Numbered from the stretch's first letter, positions 47,034 through 57,590 are shown. The stretch is DNA of 64,000 bases from Candidatus Bathyarchaeota archaeon (GCA_963806645.1 CAWDYQ010000002.1:395141-459140); one strand, 5' to 3'. Translations and numbers: made by a program. Notes: a model not told the origin generated them from the letters alone.

Positions 47034-48733
47034 CAAACTTTAGTCAAGCGAAGGGGAAAAAAACGTTGCTCTCCAGAATTGGCGTTTCTGCAACTGTAAT
47101 TAGTTTAATTCTTTTTGTTTTTTTACCAAGTTTTTTTTTGATATCTTTTACATTTACCCGTTGGCCTGAAGTTTACACAGAAGTTTTTGCAAATCCTCTA
47201 ATTGGAGATACAAATTGGATAGAAATCCAAAAATATCTTGGTTTGTCTCTTCGTCTTGCCCTTTCTGCTATTGTAATCGACTTGATCTTTGGGATTCCTC
47301 TTGCGTACATACTTGCTCGAAAGAAGTTCTGGGGAAAAGGGTTTCTTGAAGACCTTATTTCTTTCACGTTAGTAATTCCTACCTCCGGTTTTGGTTTTGC
47401 TACACTGATCACATGGACTTCAGCGGATGGACTTGGCGCTCTATTAACTGGAGGAAATGTGCAGATCGATTCGGTTATTCCTTTTCTTAATGTTCCTTTC
47501 TTGATGTTGATTATACATGTTGCTTTGACATTTCCATATATTGTAAAAACCCTCAAGGCTAAACTGGAAGACATGTCAACGCTTTTTGAGCAGGCTTCCG
47601 GAACCCTGGGAGCTGCGCCTTTGACAACATTTAGAAAGATTCTGGTTCCATTAACTTTACCTGCGATTTTTTCAGGAACAGTTCTAGCTTTTGCTAGGTC
47701 TCTGGGAGAAACCGGAGCCACATTGATTGTGTCAGGAATATTTACTACTGCCCCAATCGCGGTTATTAGTTGGGTATCCCAGTTTAAGTTCGGCTCCGCC
47801 GCATTCTTAGGCAGCTTATTGATAATTGTGGCATCTGCAATAATTCTCCCCGTAGAATTTTTCTTGAAAAAAAAGGGAATCACATCTTTCTCATTTTTCT
47901 CGACTCTTCATATTCAAAAAAGGCTCCAAAAGTTTGAGGATTTTGCTTCTCGAAAACTATCACGGGTCAGAGATATAGTTGTCGTACTTTTCCTCATTAT
48001 AGTGGTTATAGCACCAATAGTTTATATCATATATAATGTTTCAGCATATTGGAACATGGATCCAGACACTGGCAAAGTTACCGAAAGCGTTGTTTATCAA
48101 TTGTTTGGCCCATCAAACTATTTCTCTGCTTTGATGGATGCAACTTTGGTTTCTTTTGCATCTGCTGCAATTGCAACTTATGTAGCAGCGTGTATTGCAA
48201 TTCCAACAGTGTTCTTGATAATGCGTTCTAGATTTGGCAGTATCCTCAGAGCCTTTCTTAGAGTTCCATTAATTGTTCCCACGTCTGCACTTGGTTTATC
48301 AATACTACTTTTATGGGGTCCTGGAGGAATGAAGCTCGCAGACCCAGGGATATGGCTAATAATTTTAACCCATATAGTGTTCTCTGTTCCTGTAATAGTC
48401 GAACCTACACTTGCCACATTTGAAGGATCTGATATTCCCCTATACGAGGACGCATCGATTACCCTAGGCGCCAATTCCTATAACAAGGTAGAATCAATTT
48501 CTCTTCCTTTGTTGAAAAGAGGAATCTTAACTGGAGTTATCCTTTCCTTTACACGTTCCTTGGGTGAAACAGGTGCGACTTTTCTTGTGATGGGTAGTGA
48601 TGTAACAATTCCTCCATTAGTCGTAAACATGGTTGAATCTTATGCGATTCCTGCAGCCCTTTTTGCCTCAACCTACCTAATCGCTCTAGCGTTTATTCTT
48701 CTTATGATCTTCCGAAAGGTGACTACAAGATGA
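47030..48733 (+). CDS. ABC transporter permease, fused double domain
   Basis: 567 aa with two EAA-type loops, FARSLGETGATLIV and FTRSLGETGATFLV (CysTW/ModB/FbpB-like). Confidence 0.75.
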   Translation: MTNFSQAKGKKTLLSRIGVSATVISLILFVFLPSFFLISFTFTRWPEVYTEVFANPLIGDTNWIEIQKYLGLSLRLALSAIVIDLIFGIPLAYILARKKFWGKGFLEDLISFTLVIPTSGFGFATLITWTSADGLGALLTGGNVQIDSVIPFLNVPFLMLIIHVALTFPYIVKTLKAKLEDMSTLFEQASGTLGAAPLTTFRKILVPLTLPAIFSGTVLAFARSLGETGATLIVSGIFTTAPIAVISWVSQFKFGSAAFLGSLLIIVASAIILPVEFFLKKKGITSFSFFSTLHIQKRLQKFEDFASRKLSRVRDIVVVLFLIIVVIAPIVYIIYNVSAYWNMDPDTGKVTESVVYQLFGPSNYFSALMDATLVSFASAAIATYVAACIAIPTVFLIMRSRFGSILRAFLRVPLIVPTSALGLSILLLWGPGGMKLADPGIWLIILTHIVFSVPVIVEPTLATFEGSDIPLYEDASITLGANSYNKVESISLPLLKRGILTGVILSFTRSLGETGATFLVMGSDVTIPPLVVNMVESYAIPAALFASTYLIALAFILLMIFRKVTTR

Positions 48734-48778
48734 TACAAAATAAAAAATTTAACAAAATTATGGATAGGGTGAGCTGAA

Positions 48779-49888
48779 ATGCCTGAAGTAAAACTAAAAA
48801 ATGTAGTTAAAACCTTTGATAAAGGACGAATAACTGCTGTTGATCATGTTAATTTAACTGTAAAAGACAAGGAATATCTGACACTTCTTGGTCCAAGTGG
48901 ATGTGGAAAAACTACCACCTTGCGTATGATAGCTGGCCTGCAGTTGCCTGATGAAGGTGAAATATCCATCGGTGAACGTCTTGTATCGAATCTTCCACCC
49001 GAATATAGGGACATTGGATACGTCTTTCAGGAGTATGCGCTTTTTCCTCATATGGACGTTTGGAATAATGTAACCTATGGACCACGTGTAAAAGGGTGGG
49101 ACGAAAAGAAGAGCAACAAGATTGGTCGTGAAATGTTAGAGCTTGTTAGACTCTTTGAGCGCACTGATGCATTTCCAGCTGAGTTGAGTGGAGGAATGAG
49201 ACAAAGGGTTGCTTTAGCTCGGGCGTTAGCTTCTGGTTCTAAGCTCTTATTGTTGGATGAACCTTTAGGTGCTTTAGACGCTAGAATTAGAACAGATTTG
49301 AGGTACGAAATTAGAAAACTTGTAAAAGACCTCGCGTTAACTGCTATTCATGTTACTCATGACCAAGCAGAAGCAATGGCGATCTCAGACAGAATTGCTG
49401 TAATGAGAAAGGGAAAGATTTTGCAAGTTGGGACTCCTCAGGAACTATATTTGACGCCTCAGCATATATTTGTGGCTAATTTTGTTGGAGAATCAAATTT
49501 TCTAGAAGGTTATGTTACCGAAAATGTTGAACATAAACTTACAGTCGAGCTTCGTAGAGGTATTTCTGTTAAATCAATGAACAAAGAGCACAAGAAAGGA
49601 GAAAAAGTTGTGGTTGGGGTAAGACCAGAAGTTTTGTCCATCGTGAAGGGAGAAAAAAGCGGATTGAATTCGATAGTTGGAAACATTGAAGGTTTCAGGT
49701 TTGAAGGAAATAATGTTCGATATGAAATTAGGCTCCATAATGATGATTTGGTAGTTGTTGTGCGTCCTGCACTAATGGGCGAATGGTATAAAGTGGGTGA
49801 GAAAATAACTGTCGATTTTCCTGTTGAGAAAAGCTTTGTTTTTTCATATCCTGAAAAGGGTTTAAGAACGGAATTAGCTTTGGAGTGA
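48779..49888 (+). CDS. ABC transporter ATPase with C-terminal TOBE-like domain
   Basis: GPSGCGKTT, LSGGMRQRVALARAL, LLLDEP, H-loop HVTHD. About 120 aa of C-terminal beta-rich extension. Confidence 0.85.
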   Translation: MPEVKLKNVVKTFDKGRITAVDHVNLTVKDKEYLTLLGPSGCGKTTTLRMIAGLQLPDEGEISIGERLVSNLPPEYRDIGYVFQEYALFPHMDVWNNVTYGPRVKGWDEKKSNKIGREMLELVRLFERTDAFPAELSGGMRQRVALARALASGSKLLLLDEPLGALDARIRTDLRYEIRKLVKDLALTAIHVTHDQAEAMAISDRIAVMRKGKILQVGTPQELYLTPQHIFVANFVGESNFLEGYVTENVEHKLTVELRRGISVKSMNKEHKKGEKVVVGVRPEVLSIVKGEKSGLNSIVGNIEGFRFEGNNVRYEIRLHNDDLVVVVRPALMGEWYKVGEKITVDFPVEKSFVFSYPEKGLRTELALE

Positions 49889-49964
49889 TAAGACGGAAAA
49901 GACTTAAGCATCTTTTTGTAATTTATTATAAGATATAGTGTGTCTTAATGTTTACGGGTGAAAA

Positions 49965-50630
49965 GTGATGGAAAGATGGTTTGCGAATAGAAGAAAATCT
50001 AAGCTATTTGAAATGGCTGATCGCCAGATGACATTGGCTATTGACACAGTAATAGAGTTGCAGAAATCTATTAACGCAGCATTAAAAGGTAATAAGGAAA
50101 GTGCAATATCGTCTTTCGAAAAACTTTCAACTATAGAACATGAAATAGATGAACTTAGAAGAATGATTTTTGAAGAGCTTACCCGTGGTAGCCTCCGGTC
50201 AAAAGATCGCGAAGACATCATGCATCTCGTAAAGAGGTTGGACCAGATGGCGGATCATGTTAAAGATGCGTCAAGAGCTGTTGTTTTGCTTGTAGATGTA
50301 ATAGTGCCAAAAGATATGTGGAAACAATTTTCCGAAACCGCTAAAGAGTTGGTTGTTTGCGCAACCACTTTACGTAAAGCGATAGAGCAGTTAGGAGTAA
50401 ATCCGGAGAAGGCGATGGATTTAGCAAAACAAATTGACCAAATCGAGGGTAAAGTAGACGAACATTACTTAAAATCCAAAGCAATGCTCCTTCAGTATTC
50501 TAAGGAAACTGATGCCGCGACAATACTTATACTAAAGGACCTCATCGAAGAGATGGAGCATGTAGCCGACGCTTGCGATGATACAGCCGATTACGTCAGG
50601 ATCTTAACTGTTTCTAGGGAATCTCCTTAA
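49965..50630 (+). CDS. DUF47/PhoU-like helical protein
   Basis: 221 aa helical protein with paired E..D-rich motifs (HEIDELRR, ADHVKDA, EGKVDEHY, VADACDD). Confidence 0.6.
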   Translation: MMERWFANRRKSKLFEMADRQMTLAIDTVIELQKSINAALKGNKESAISSFEKLSTIEHEIDELRRMIFEELTRGSLRSKDREDIMHLVKRLDQMADHVKDASRAVVLLVDVIVPKDMWKQFSETAKELVVCATTLRKAIEQLGVNPEKAMDLAKQIDQIEGKVDEHYLKSKAMLLQYSKETDAATILILKDLIEEMEHVADACDDTADYVRILTVSRESP

Positions 50631-50799
50631 AACCTCTTTTTTGACTTAAACCCTTAGACTACTGATCATATAATAGCATTCAGTTGTATATTGTGCGATC
50701 ATAGTTGAAACCATAATTAATTTGGGTTTAGGGTTAAAATATTACAGTACTTGGTTTGTATATTATTGAATATGTTATCGAATTTAGAGGAGAAATTAA

Positions 50800-51579
50800 A
50801 TGTCGTATGTTTTTAACATTCCATTTAGGGAGAACAATAAGTTAGAACAAATAATGGCAATTATCCAGCAAGACTCTATGCTGAATAGTTTTTGGAAATG
50901 TTCTAATATTATGGCCATTGATCGAATGGGATACACTGATCATGGTCCTACACATGTGAAAATAGTTGCCAATTTGGCTTTAAAATTATTAAGAATCCTA
51001 GTTAAGAATGGAGTTGAACCAAGTATTGTCAAGAATTATAAGATGAAAAACAGTGACAGTGAAGTTGTCGTGGTTTTAGGTTCGATTTTTCATGATTTAG
51101 GAATGATTGTTCAGAGAAATGATCACGAAAAATATGGCGTAATGGTGGCATTGAAATTTCTTGAAAAATTTTTAAATAAAGTTTATTCTTTGGAGGAGCA
51201 AGCGATCGTTACATCTGAGGTTTTGCATTGTATTGTCTCTCATGAGCGACCAAACGACCCACTTACAGTAGAAGCAGGTATCGTGAGTATTGCTGATGCT
51301 TTAGATATGGAATCTGGAAGAGCTAGAATTCCTTTTGAAGCTGGAAAAATCGACATACATTCAGTTTCTGCATTATCTATACAGAATGTAGAGATAATAG
51401 AAGGTGGAGAAAAACCAATAACCGTAAAAGTGAGAATGTCAGATTCAGCTGGAATTTTCCAAATAGATCAGTTGTTAAAACCAAGAATCGAAAATTCAGG
51501 TCTCCAGAATCTTATTCACGTTATAGCAGAAGTAACCGGAGCCAAAGAAAAATGCATAATCGACAGATTCGAAGTTTAG
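50800..51579 (+). CDS. HD-domain phosphohydrolase family protein
   Basis: H..HV..V, FHDLG, SHE, IADALD metal-binding pattern. Confidence 0.65.
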   Translation: MSYVFNIPFRENNKLEQIMAIIQQDSMLNSFWKCSNIMAIDRMGYTDHGPTHVKIVANLALKLLRILVKNGVEPSIVKNYKMKNSDSEVVVVLGSIFHDLGMIVQRNDHEKYGVMVALKFLEKFLNKVYSLEEQAIVTSEVLHCIVSHERPNDPLTVEAGIVSIADALDMESGRARIPFEAGKIDIHSVSALSIQNVEIIEGGEKPITVKVRMSDSAGIFQIDQLLKPRIENSGLQNLIHVIAEVTGAKEKCIIDRFEV

Positions 51580-51705
51580 AGTTAAAAATTTGAGTTTTAA
51601 GATAAAATTAAACCAATAAAAAAATTGGAAAAATCGAAAACGGAATCATATCTTTCTTGAAACTCAAGTAAATAAGTATGGATTGATGTATAATGTTGGT
51701 ATAAC

Positions 51706-52359
51706 ATGAAGTTTGAACGAGCAGTCATCATTTCTCATGGAAGAGTAATCAGAAAAGAATTTTTTATAAAACTGATTAAGGAATCAGATTATATTATTGC
51801 TGCAAATGGAGGTTCTAAGCATGCTAGGAATTTTGGCCTAATTCCTGATGTTATTATTGGAGACTTGGATTCAATAAGTAAGAAAGATTATTTGTTTTTT
51901 CTTAACAATGGAAGCGTTTTTAAAAAATATGACCCAATGAAGGATAAAACGGATATTCAATTGGCTATAGAATATGCAATGGAATCTGAGTTTAAAGAGA
52001 TTCTTTTACTGTGTGTTTTTGGCAACAGACTTGACCATATGCTTGCTAACATTTTTCTTTTAATGAAAATTGTTGAAGCGGGGATAAGCGTAAAAATTGT
52101 TGATGAATTTCAGGAAATTATCTTGATATCCAAATCAGGGAGAATAGAGGGCAATATTGGGGATGTTGTTTCATTAATTCCTTTGACACCGACAGTTTCT
52201 GGATTAAAATTATCGGGTTTAAAGTTTGTACCAAAAAATGGAAGATTAAAGATGACCGAGACTCTTGGTATCAGTAATGTTCTTACAAAAAAATCGGCGG
52301 TAATTACGATTAATAATGGAAAATTGCTAATAATAAAACCCAACTCTTCCTGTTTATAA
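51706..52359 (+). CDS. thiamine pyrophosphokinase
   Basis: 217 aa. IIGDLDS and DKTDIQLAIEYA motifs, with a C-terminal thiamine-binding beta domain. Confidence 0.65.
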   Translation: MKFERAVIISHGRVIRKEFFIKLIKESDYIIAANGGSKHARNFGLIPDVIIGDLDSISKKDYLFFLNNGSVFKKYDPMKDKTDIQLAIEYAMESEFKEILLLCVFGNRLDHMLANIFLLMKIVEAGISVKIVDEFQEIILISKSGRIEGNIGDVVSLIPLTPTVSGLKLSGLKFVPKNGRLKMTETLGISNVLTKKSAVITINNGKLLIIKPNSSCL

Positions 52360-52454
52360 CTTCTTATCCGTTCTGTCTATTAATTTCGAGTTATTATATT
52401 AAAACAATAGCTAAAACTCTTTATTCATTAATATTCAATATATGTCATTCTGAG

Positions 52455-52940
52455 GTGCGGGTTAACTTGTCTGAAACGACCTTGCGTGTATCAAAAATTA
52501 AAGATGGTACAGTAATTGACCATATCACGGCTGGGCATGCTTTAGATGTGTTAAAGATTCTTGGGATTACTGGTCACGTAAACGGTGTTGTAACCGTTGG
52601 GATAAATGTACCCAGCAAAACTTTGGGATTTAAGGACATGGTAAAGATTGAGGGGAGAGAACTCAAATCCGAAGAAGTGGACAAGATTGCTTTATTAGCT
52701 CCACATGCAAGCATAAACATCATCAGAAATTACAAAGTTGTAGAGAAACAGTTAGTCAAATTACCTAATGTGATTCGAGAGACTGTCAAATGTGCAAACC
52801 CCTCATGTGTTTCAAACAGTAAAGAGCCAGTTAAATCTAAATTCTACGTAGAAGTCGATGAACCCTTACGGCTAAGATGCCATTACTGTGGATATGTACT
52901 GGAAAAACAGGACATCCCGAAACAGTTCCAGCATTCTTGA
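52455..52940 (+). CDS. pyrI: aspartate carbamoyltransferase regulatory subunit
   Basis: [16 protein letters not shown]-domain and C-terminal Zn site CANPSC...CHYCG. Confidence 0.85.
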   Translation: MRVNLSETTLRVSKIKDGTVIDHITAGHALDVLKILGITGHVNGVVTVGINVPSKTLGFKDMVKIEGRELKSEEVDKIALLAPHASINIIRNYKVVEKQLVKLPNVIRETVKCANPSCVSNSKEPVKSKFYVEVDEPLRLRCHYCGYVLEKQDIPKQFQHS

Positions 52941-53188
52941 CGCCAGCAAAACCGCTATTTTTTAGCTTTTTTGTGAATTTGTGCTTCACAACTGTTATCA
53001 TCTGGAATATGTCGAGTCATTTGTGATCTAGTTGACAATCTCATCCAAAGAGGAACGTATTCAATAACCTATTTTATTATTTCTTTACGTTTGTGTGTAT
53101 CTTTTTCCATATTTTTTATTACCTCTTAATAATGTTTATATTGGAAGACTTAACATTATTACTTTACGGTAATAACAGGTGAGGTTTC

Positions 53189-53608
53189 ATGAGCCTAAAA
53201 CTCCATCTAGTGCGTAACGGAAAAATAATCCTAGAAATACCACTAAATCCGACCGATTGGCCAAAAGACCAACTTGAAACAGAATTCGAAGCCTTCGAAG
53301 AAGACTTCCAAAGAATCTCAAATATGTTCGATGCACTATCCAATCACACCCGTCTAAAAATGATGAGAAGACTAGTAGAAGAAGAAGACAGTACTATGAC
53401 CTTCGCAAACTTCATGAAAGACCTAGACTTGAACCCAAAAACAGTTTGGGAAAACTCAAGAAAACTTAGCGACGGCGGATTTCTAACAAAAACAAGCAGA
53501 GGAACATACCATTGCTCAGAATTTGGACAATCAGCCTTCTTAACAATGAGCCTCGTCTTACGCCGCCTACTAGAGCATTTTGAAGAAATAGAAAATAATA
53601 GGAGGTGA
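53189..53608 (+). CDS. ArsR-like wHTH protein
   Basis: MFDALSNHTRLKMMRRLVEE...LDLNPKTVWENSRKLSDGGFL. Confidence 0.6.
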   Translation: MSLKLHLVRNGKIILEIPLNPTDWPKDQLETEFEAFEEDFQRISNMFDALSNHTRLKMMRRLVEEEDSTMTFANFMKDLDLNPKTVWENSRKLSDGGFLTKTSRGTYHCSEFGQSAFLTMSLVLRRLLEHFEEIENNRR

Positions 53609-53707
53609 AAGACACTGTCAGAAGATTCATGGTCCAGATGGTTTAAGAGACGACCATTCTCAGATGGAAACCTAAACATAAATGACACATTCAAAGAAAT
53701 TGAAGAA

Positions 53708-54205
53708 ATGATAACAAAAGAGTTCGAACAGCTATCAAAAATAGCATCTGAAAATCCAATTAGAGAAGAGACATTACCCAATGGAACCAAAATAAAAAGT
53801 TGGGGACCTTACGTCTATGGCTATAGTGTGACTATTGGACCCGATGGTAAATCAAAAATAAGCAAATTCGGAAACTTTCAAGCAGAAAATCTACTTGAAA
53901 AACCGAAACTAGAAACCAAGCAAGAAAGAGAACCTTTAACAGACATTATTGAAACCGAAGAAAAAATTAGGGTAATTGTAGAGCTACCCGGTGTCGAGAA
54001 AGAACAAATAAAACTCTCCGGAACTGAAGACAAATTAACAATTTCTGTTGACGGACCTGATCGCAAATACTTCAAAGAAGTTGAACTGCCCGCCAAAGGA
54101 GATACTGAAAAGGCAACATCAGAATACAAGAACGGCGTCTTAGATATCACTGTGCCGAAAATGAAAGAAAAGAAAGCTAAAAGCAAGGCATTAAAAATAG
54201 AGTAA
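53708..54205 (+). CDS. small heat-shock protein Hsp20 family; true start possibly upstream
   Basis: Alpha-crystallin core IRVIVELPGVEKEQIKL..GVLDITVPK. The frame stays open back to 53609. Confidence 0.7.
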   Translation: MITKEFEQLSKIASENPIREETLPNGTKIKSWGPYVYGYSVTIGPDGKSKISKFGNFQAENLLEKPKLETKQEREPLTDIIETEEKIRVIVELPGVEKEQIKLSGTEDKLTISVDGPDRKYFKEVELPAKGDTEKATSEYKNGVLDITVPKMKEKKAKSKALKIE

Positions 54206-54426
54206 CCGAAAATCAAAATTTCGCCTCTATTTTTTCTTTTTTTATTTTTTTGTTAAACTGAAAAGAATCAACATATTTTTTTGTTCAACGTCTAGACGAC
54301 CAGAAGAACCCTAACTTCGTAAACTAAAAAAGATAATAGAAACAATGAAACATAAAGCAGATACCTTTAAATCGTCAAATTTAGACCTATAACCGATAAC
54401 AAGCGGAAGTTTACGAGAGGATTCAT

Positions 54427-54654
54427 ATGAGCGAAATGGCCACCAAAATCCTAGAAGAGAGCCTTGGAAAAATAGTTCTTGTTAGATTAAGAGGAGGAAA
54501 GAAGCTACGAGGAAAACTCAAAGGCTTCGATCAACACCTCAACTTGGTTTTAGAGGAAACAGATGATACGACAGATGTAGAAAATGTGAAAAACCTGGGC
54601 GCCATAATAGTCCGTGGTGACAACGTAGTAATAATTTCTCCTCCCCCTAGGTGA
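54427..54654 (+). CDS. Sm-like archaeal protein (SmAP/LSm)
   Basis: 75 aa. Sm1 (VLVRLRGGKKLRGKLKGFDQHLNLVL) and Sm2 (IIVRGDNVVII) motifs. Confidence 0.85.
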   Translation: MSEMATKILEESLGKIVLVRLRGGKKLRGKLKGFDQHLNLVLEETDDTTDVENVKNLGAIIVRGDNVVIISPPPR

Positions 54655-54660
54655 TATTTT

Positions 54661-54858
54661 TTGGGAAAAATCAGTAAAGGAACATCATCGTTTGGAAAAC
54701 ATGCACACAAAACTCTTCACATCCGATGTAGAAGATGTGGCAGAAGAGCATATCATGTGAATGAAAAACGATGCTCTGCGTGCGGTTACGGAAACTCCAC
54801 AAAAATAAGAAAATATTCTTGGCAAACCAAAACTCTAAATGGGGCTAGACTTCTCTAG
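54661..54858 (+). CDS. rpl37e: 50S ribosomal protein L37e
   Basis: GKGTSSFGK..H..CRRCG..CSACG zinc ribbon. Conserved SmAP-L37e pair. Confidence 0.85.
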   Translation: MGKISKGTSSFGKHAHKTLHIRCRRCGRRAYHVNEKRCSACGYGNSTKIRKYSWQTKTLNGARLL

Positions 54859-54908
54859 TCTCCCTATTTTGTTCTATTTTTTTTAAAAAAAAGAAGATGG
54901 AAGAAGGT

Positions 54909-56837
54909 TTACTTCTTCGCAATTCTTTGGAATTCTTCGAAAGCTCTTTTTGCTTCATCTACTGAAGCTTGATCTTCTAATGTAGATATGTCGCCTATAG
55001 ATTGTCCAGCAACCAGCGCTTTTAGTACTCTTCGCATGATTTTGCCGCTTCTTGTCTTCGGAAGTTTTGATACAAAGTATATGTTTTCAGGAGTTGCGAG
55101 TGGACCAACAGCTTTTCTCATGTGATTTCGTAATTCTTTTTCAAGTTCTTCGCTTGGGGCAATCCCTTCCTTCAGGACAGCAAATACTACAATGCTTTCT
55201 CCTTTGATTTCATGAGGTTTGCTGGCTACTGCTGCCTCTGCTACTGATGGATGCGATATCATTGCACTTTCAAGTTCTACAGTTCCTAATCTGTGACCCG
55301 CTACTTTTAGCACTTCATCTGCTCTGCCTAACAGCCATAGGTATCCGTCTTCGTCCTTCATACAGTAGTCTCCAGCAAAGTATGCGCCTGGGAATCTGGT
55401 CCAGTAAGTTTCCTTGAAGCGTTGTGGGTCCTTATAGACTGTTATTGCCATTCCAGGCCACGGCTTTTTGATTATTATATAACCTCGTACTCCTGCAGGT
55501 ACAGGTTTTCCGTGTTCATCTACTACTTCCACATCGATGCCTGGCAGTGGAAATGTTGCTGAACCTGGTTTTAAGGGAACTAATCCTATTCCTGGTGCTG
55601 GTGAAATCATTATTCCTCCGGTTTCTGTTTGCCACCATGTGTCTACAATTGGGCATCTTTCTCCACCTATGTTTTTGAAGTACCACATCCAAGCTTCGGG
55701 ATTTATTGGCTCTCCAACGCTTCCGAGAATTGAAAGACTGCTTAGGTCATGCTTTTTGACCCACTCTTCCCCGAGTCGCATGAACATCCGTATAGCTGTT
55801 GGAGATGTGTAGAGGGTAGTAATTTTGTATTCTTCGATTATTTGCCACCATCGGTCTGGGGATGGATAGTCTGGTGCGCCTTCATACATGACTATTGATG
55901 CGCCATTTAGGAGAGGTGCATATACAATGAAGCTATGTCCGGTGACCCATCCTATGTCTGCGTTGCACCAGTATACGCTGTCTTCCTGAATGTCGAAAAC
56001 CGATTTGTAAACCGAGTTAATGTAAACCAAGTATCCGCCTGTGCTATGAACTATGCCTTTTGGTTTTCCTGTGGTTCCCGAAGTGTAAAGAATGAAAAGG
56101 GGATGAGTACTCTCAACAGGTAGTGGAGGCACGTGTTGTGTTTTTTCTTTCACCGCATCGTGATACCATATGTCTCTGTCCTCTTTCATGTTGACTTCGT
56201 GGCATGTTCTTTTTACTACTAATACATGTTTCACTGATGGTGTGTTTTCTACTGCGTCGTCAACTATTTTCTTTAGCTCGATGATTTTTCCTCTTCTGAA
56301 GCCGCCGTCTGATGTAATCACAACATTAGCTTCAGTGTGGTTTATTCGATCTGCAAGAGCCTGTGAACTGAATCCAGAAAATACTACGGTGTGGATTGCG
56401 CCTATTCGAGCACATGCCAACATGGCTATAGGTAATTCAACTATCATTGGCAAATAAAATGCAACTCGGTCACCGTCTTTTACGCCCAGTTTTTGTAGGG
56501 CAGCTGCTAACTTGTTTACTTCTTTGTGAAGTTGAAGGTAGCTTAGAGTTTTTTCTTCGCCGTTTTCGCCCACCCAATATATTGCTACTTTGTTTCGTCT
56601 CCAATTCTTCAGATGCTTGTCAACACAAAGGTAAGATGCATTTAGCATACCGCCTGGAAACCATTTTGCGAAGGGTAAATCCCAATCTAGCACTCGGTCC
56701 CATGTGCTGAACCAATCAAGTTTTCTTGCTTCCATATCCCAATATTCTTCTATATCATCCAAAGATTTTCTATATGTATCCATGTAACGTTTTATTGGCC
56801 AATATTTTAATTCAACCGGAAGGGAATCCGTTTTCAT
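54909..56837 (-). CDS. acs: acetyl-CoA synthetase (AMP-forming)
   Basis: 642 aa. [19 protein letters not shown], and C-terminal SGKIMRR with the acetylatable lysine. Confidence 0.9.
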   Translation of the reverse strand: MKTDSLPVELKYWPIKRYMDTYRKSLDDIEEYWDMEARKLDWFSTWDRVLDWDLPFAKWFPGGMLNASYLCVDKHLKNWRRNKVAIYWVGENGEEKTLSYLQLHKEVNKLAAALQKLGVKDGDRVAFYLPMIVELPIAMLACARIGAIHTVVFSGFSSQALADRINHTEANVVITSDGGFRRGKIIELKKIVDDAVENTPSVKHVLVVKRTCHEVNMKEDRDIWYHDAVKEKTQHVPPLPVESTHPLFILYTSGTTGKPKGIVHSTGGYLVYINSVYKSVFDIQEDSVYWCNADIGWVTGHSFIVYAPLLNGASIVMYEGAPDYPSPDRWWQIIEEYKITTLYTSPTAIRMFMRLGEEWVKKHDLSSLSILGSVGEPINPEAWMWYFKNIGGERCPIVDTWWQTETGGIMISPAPGIGLVPLKPGSATFPLPGIDVEVVDEHGKPVPAGVRGYIIIKKPWPGMAITVYKDPQRFKETYWTRFPGAYFAGDYCMKDEDGYLWLLGRADEVLKVAGHRLGTVELESAMISHPSVAEAAVASKPHEIKGESIVVFAVLKEGIAPSEELEKELRNHMRKAVGPLATPENIYFVSKLPKTRSGKIMRRVLKALVAGQSIGDISTLEDQASVDEAKRAFEEFQRIAKK

Positions 56838-56978
56838 ATCATCACCTAATATATTTCATATGCGAGCGAAGACAAAATATTCCGTCCATATATCTCTTAT
56901 GGATTCCAACGCAAATAAAATTAGAAAAATATTCAATTTTTTGATAAAGAAAAATCTAAAACTGAATGTTTGTATAAG

Positions 56979-57081
56979 TGGCGGACCCGCAGGGATTTGA
57001 ACCCTGGGTCTTCGGCTCCGAAGGCTTGCGCGCTCCCATTTCAGGCAGCTCGACGCCTTATCCAAACTAGGCTACGGGCCC
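56979..57081 (-). tRNA. tRNA-Arg(UCG) with 25-nt intron in the anticodon stem (about position 29/30) and encoded CCA
   Basis: Acceptor GGGCCCG/CGGGTCC, D arm GCCT/AGGC, T arm CAGGG-TTCAAAT-CCCTG. Removing 57026-57050 gives stem TCGGC/GCCGA with loop CUUCGGA. No canonical 37/38 solution exists. Confidence 0.75.
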
Positions 57082-57311
57082 ACTTGAGAATAAAATGCAG
57101 AATTGCGATTAAAAGATAGCGGCAATTTAATCTTAAATTTATGAATGTTTTTGTTTAACACCTAATATTCAATCTGATTAGAAGGGACGGGAGAAAATCA
57201 TTTAACGCTTAAGGTGGAGAAGTCAGAATTTTCCCGTAGACTCCCCCTTTTTTAAAGAATTAAGGATTAATTTTTAACCCAAACCCGTATTTATTCACAT
57301 TTTTTATCTTC

Positions 57312-57590
57312 TTATTTACCCTCACGTAGAAAATCCGCGCGTACATTTCTGTTTATTACCCACTCATTTGCCTCAAATTTCACTTCATTAACGATTTTTT
57401 TATGGTTCCTTATGGTTTCTGGGTCCTCGTCAAAGCCTTTATTGTCAATTCGGTCAAGTTCCTCCTCCAAAAGGCTAGAAATTGCCAAGGACACAAAATC
57501 GTCTTTGTTAACGCCCAAATTTTTACAAACTACTTTAAGTGGAACACTTAATCTATCATCAAAGCCTACAATAATTTTTTCATCTGCCAA
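57312..57590 (-). CDS. hypothetical protein
   Basis: 92-aa ORF between two tRNA genes. No recognisable domain. Confidence 0.3.
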   Translation of the reverse strand: MADEKIIVGFDDRLSVPLKVVCKNLGVNKDDFVSLAISSLLEEELDRIDNKGFDEDPETIRNHKKIVNEVKFEANEWVINRNVRADFLREGK

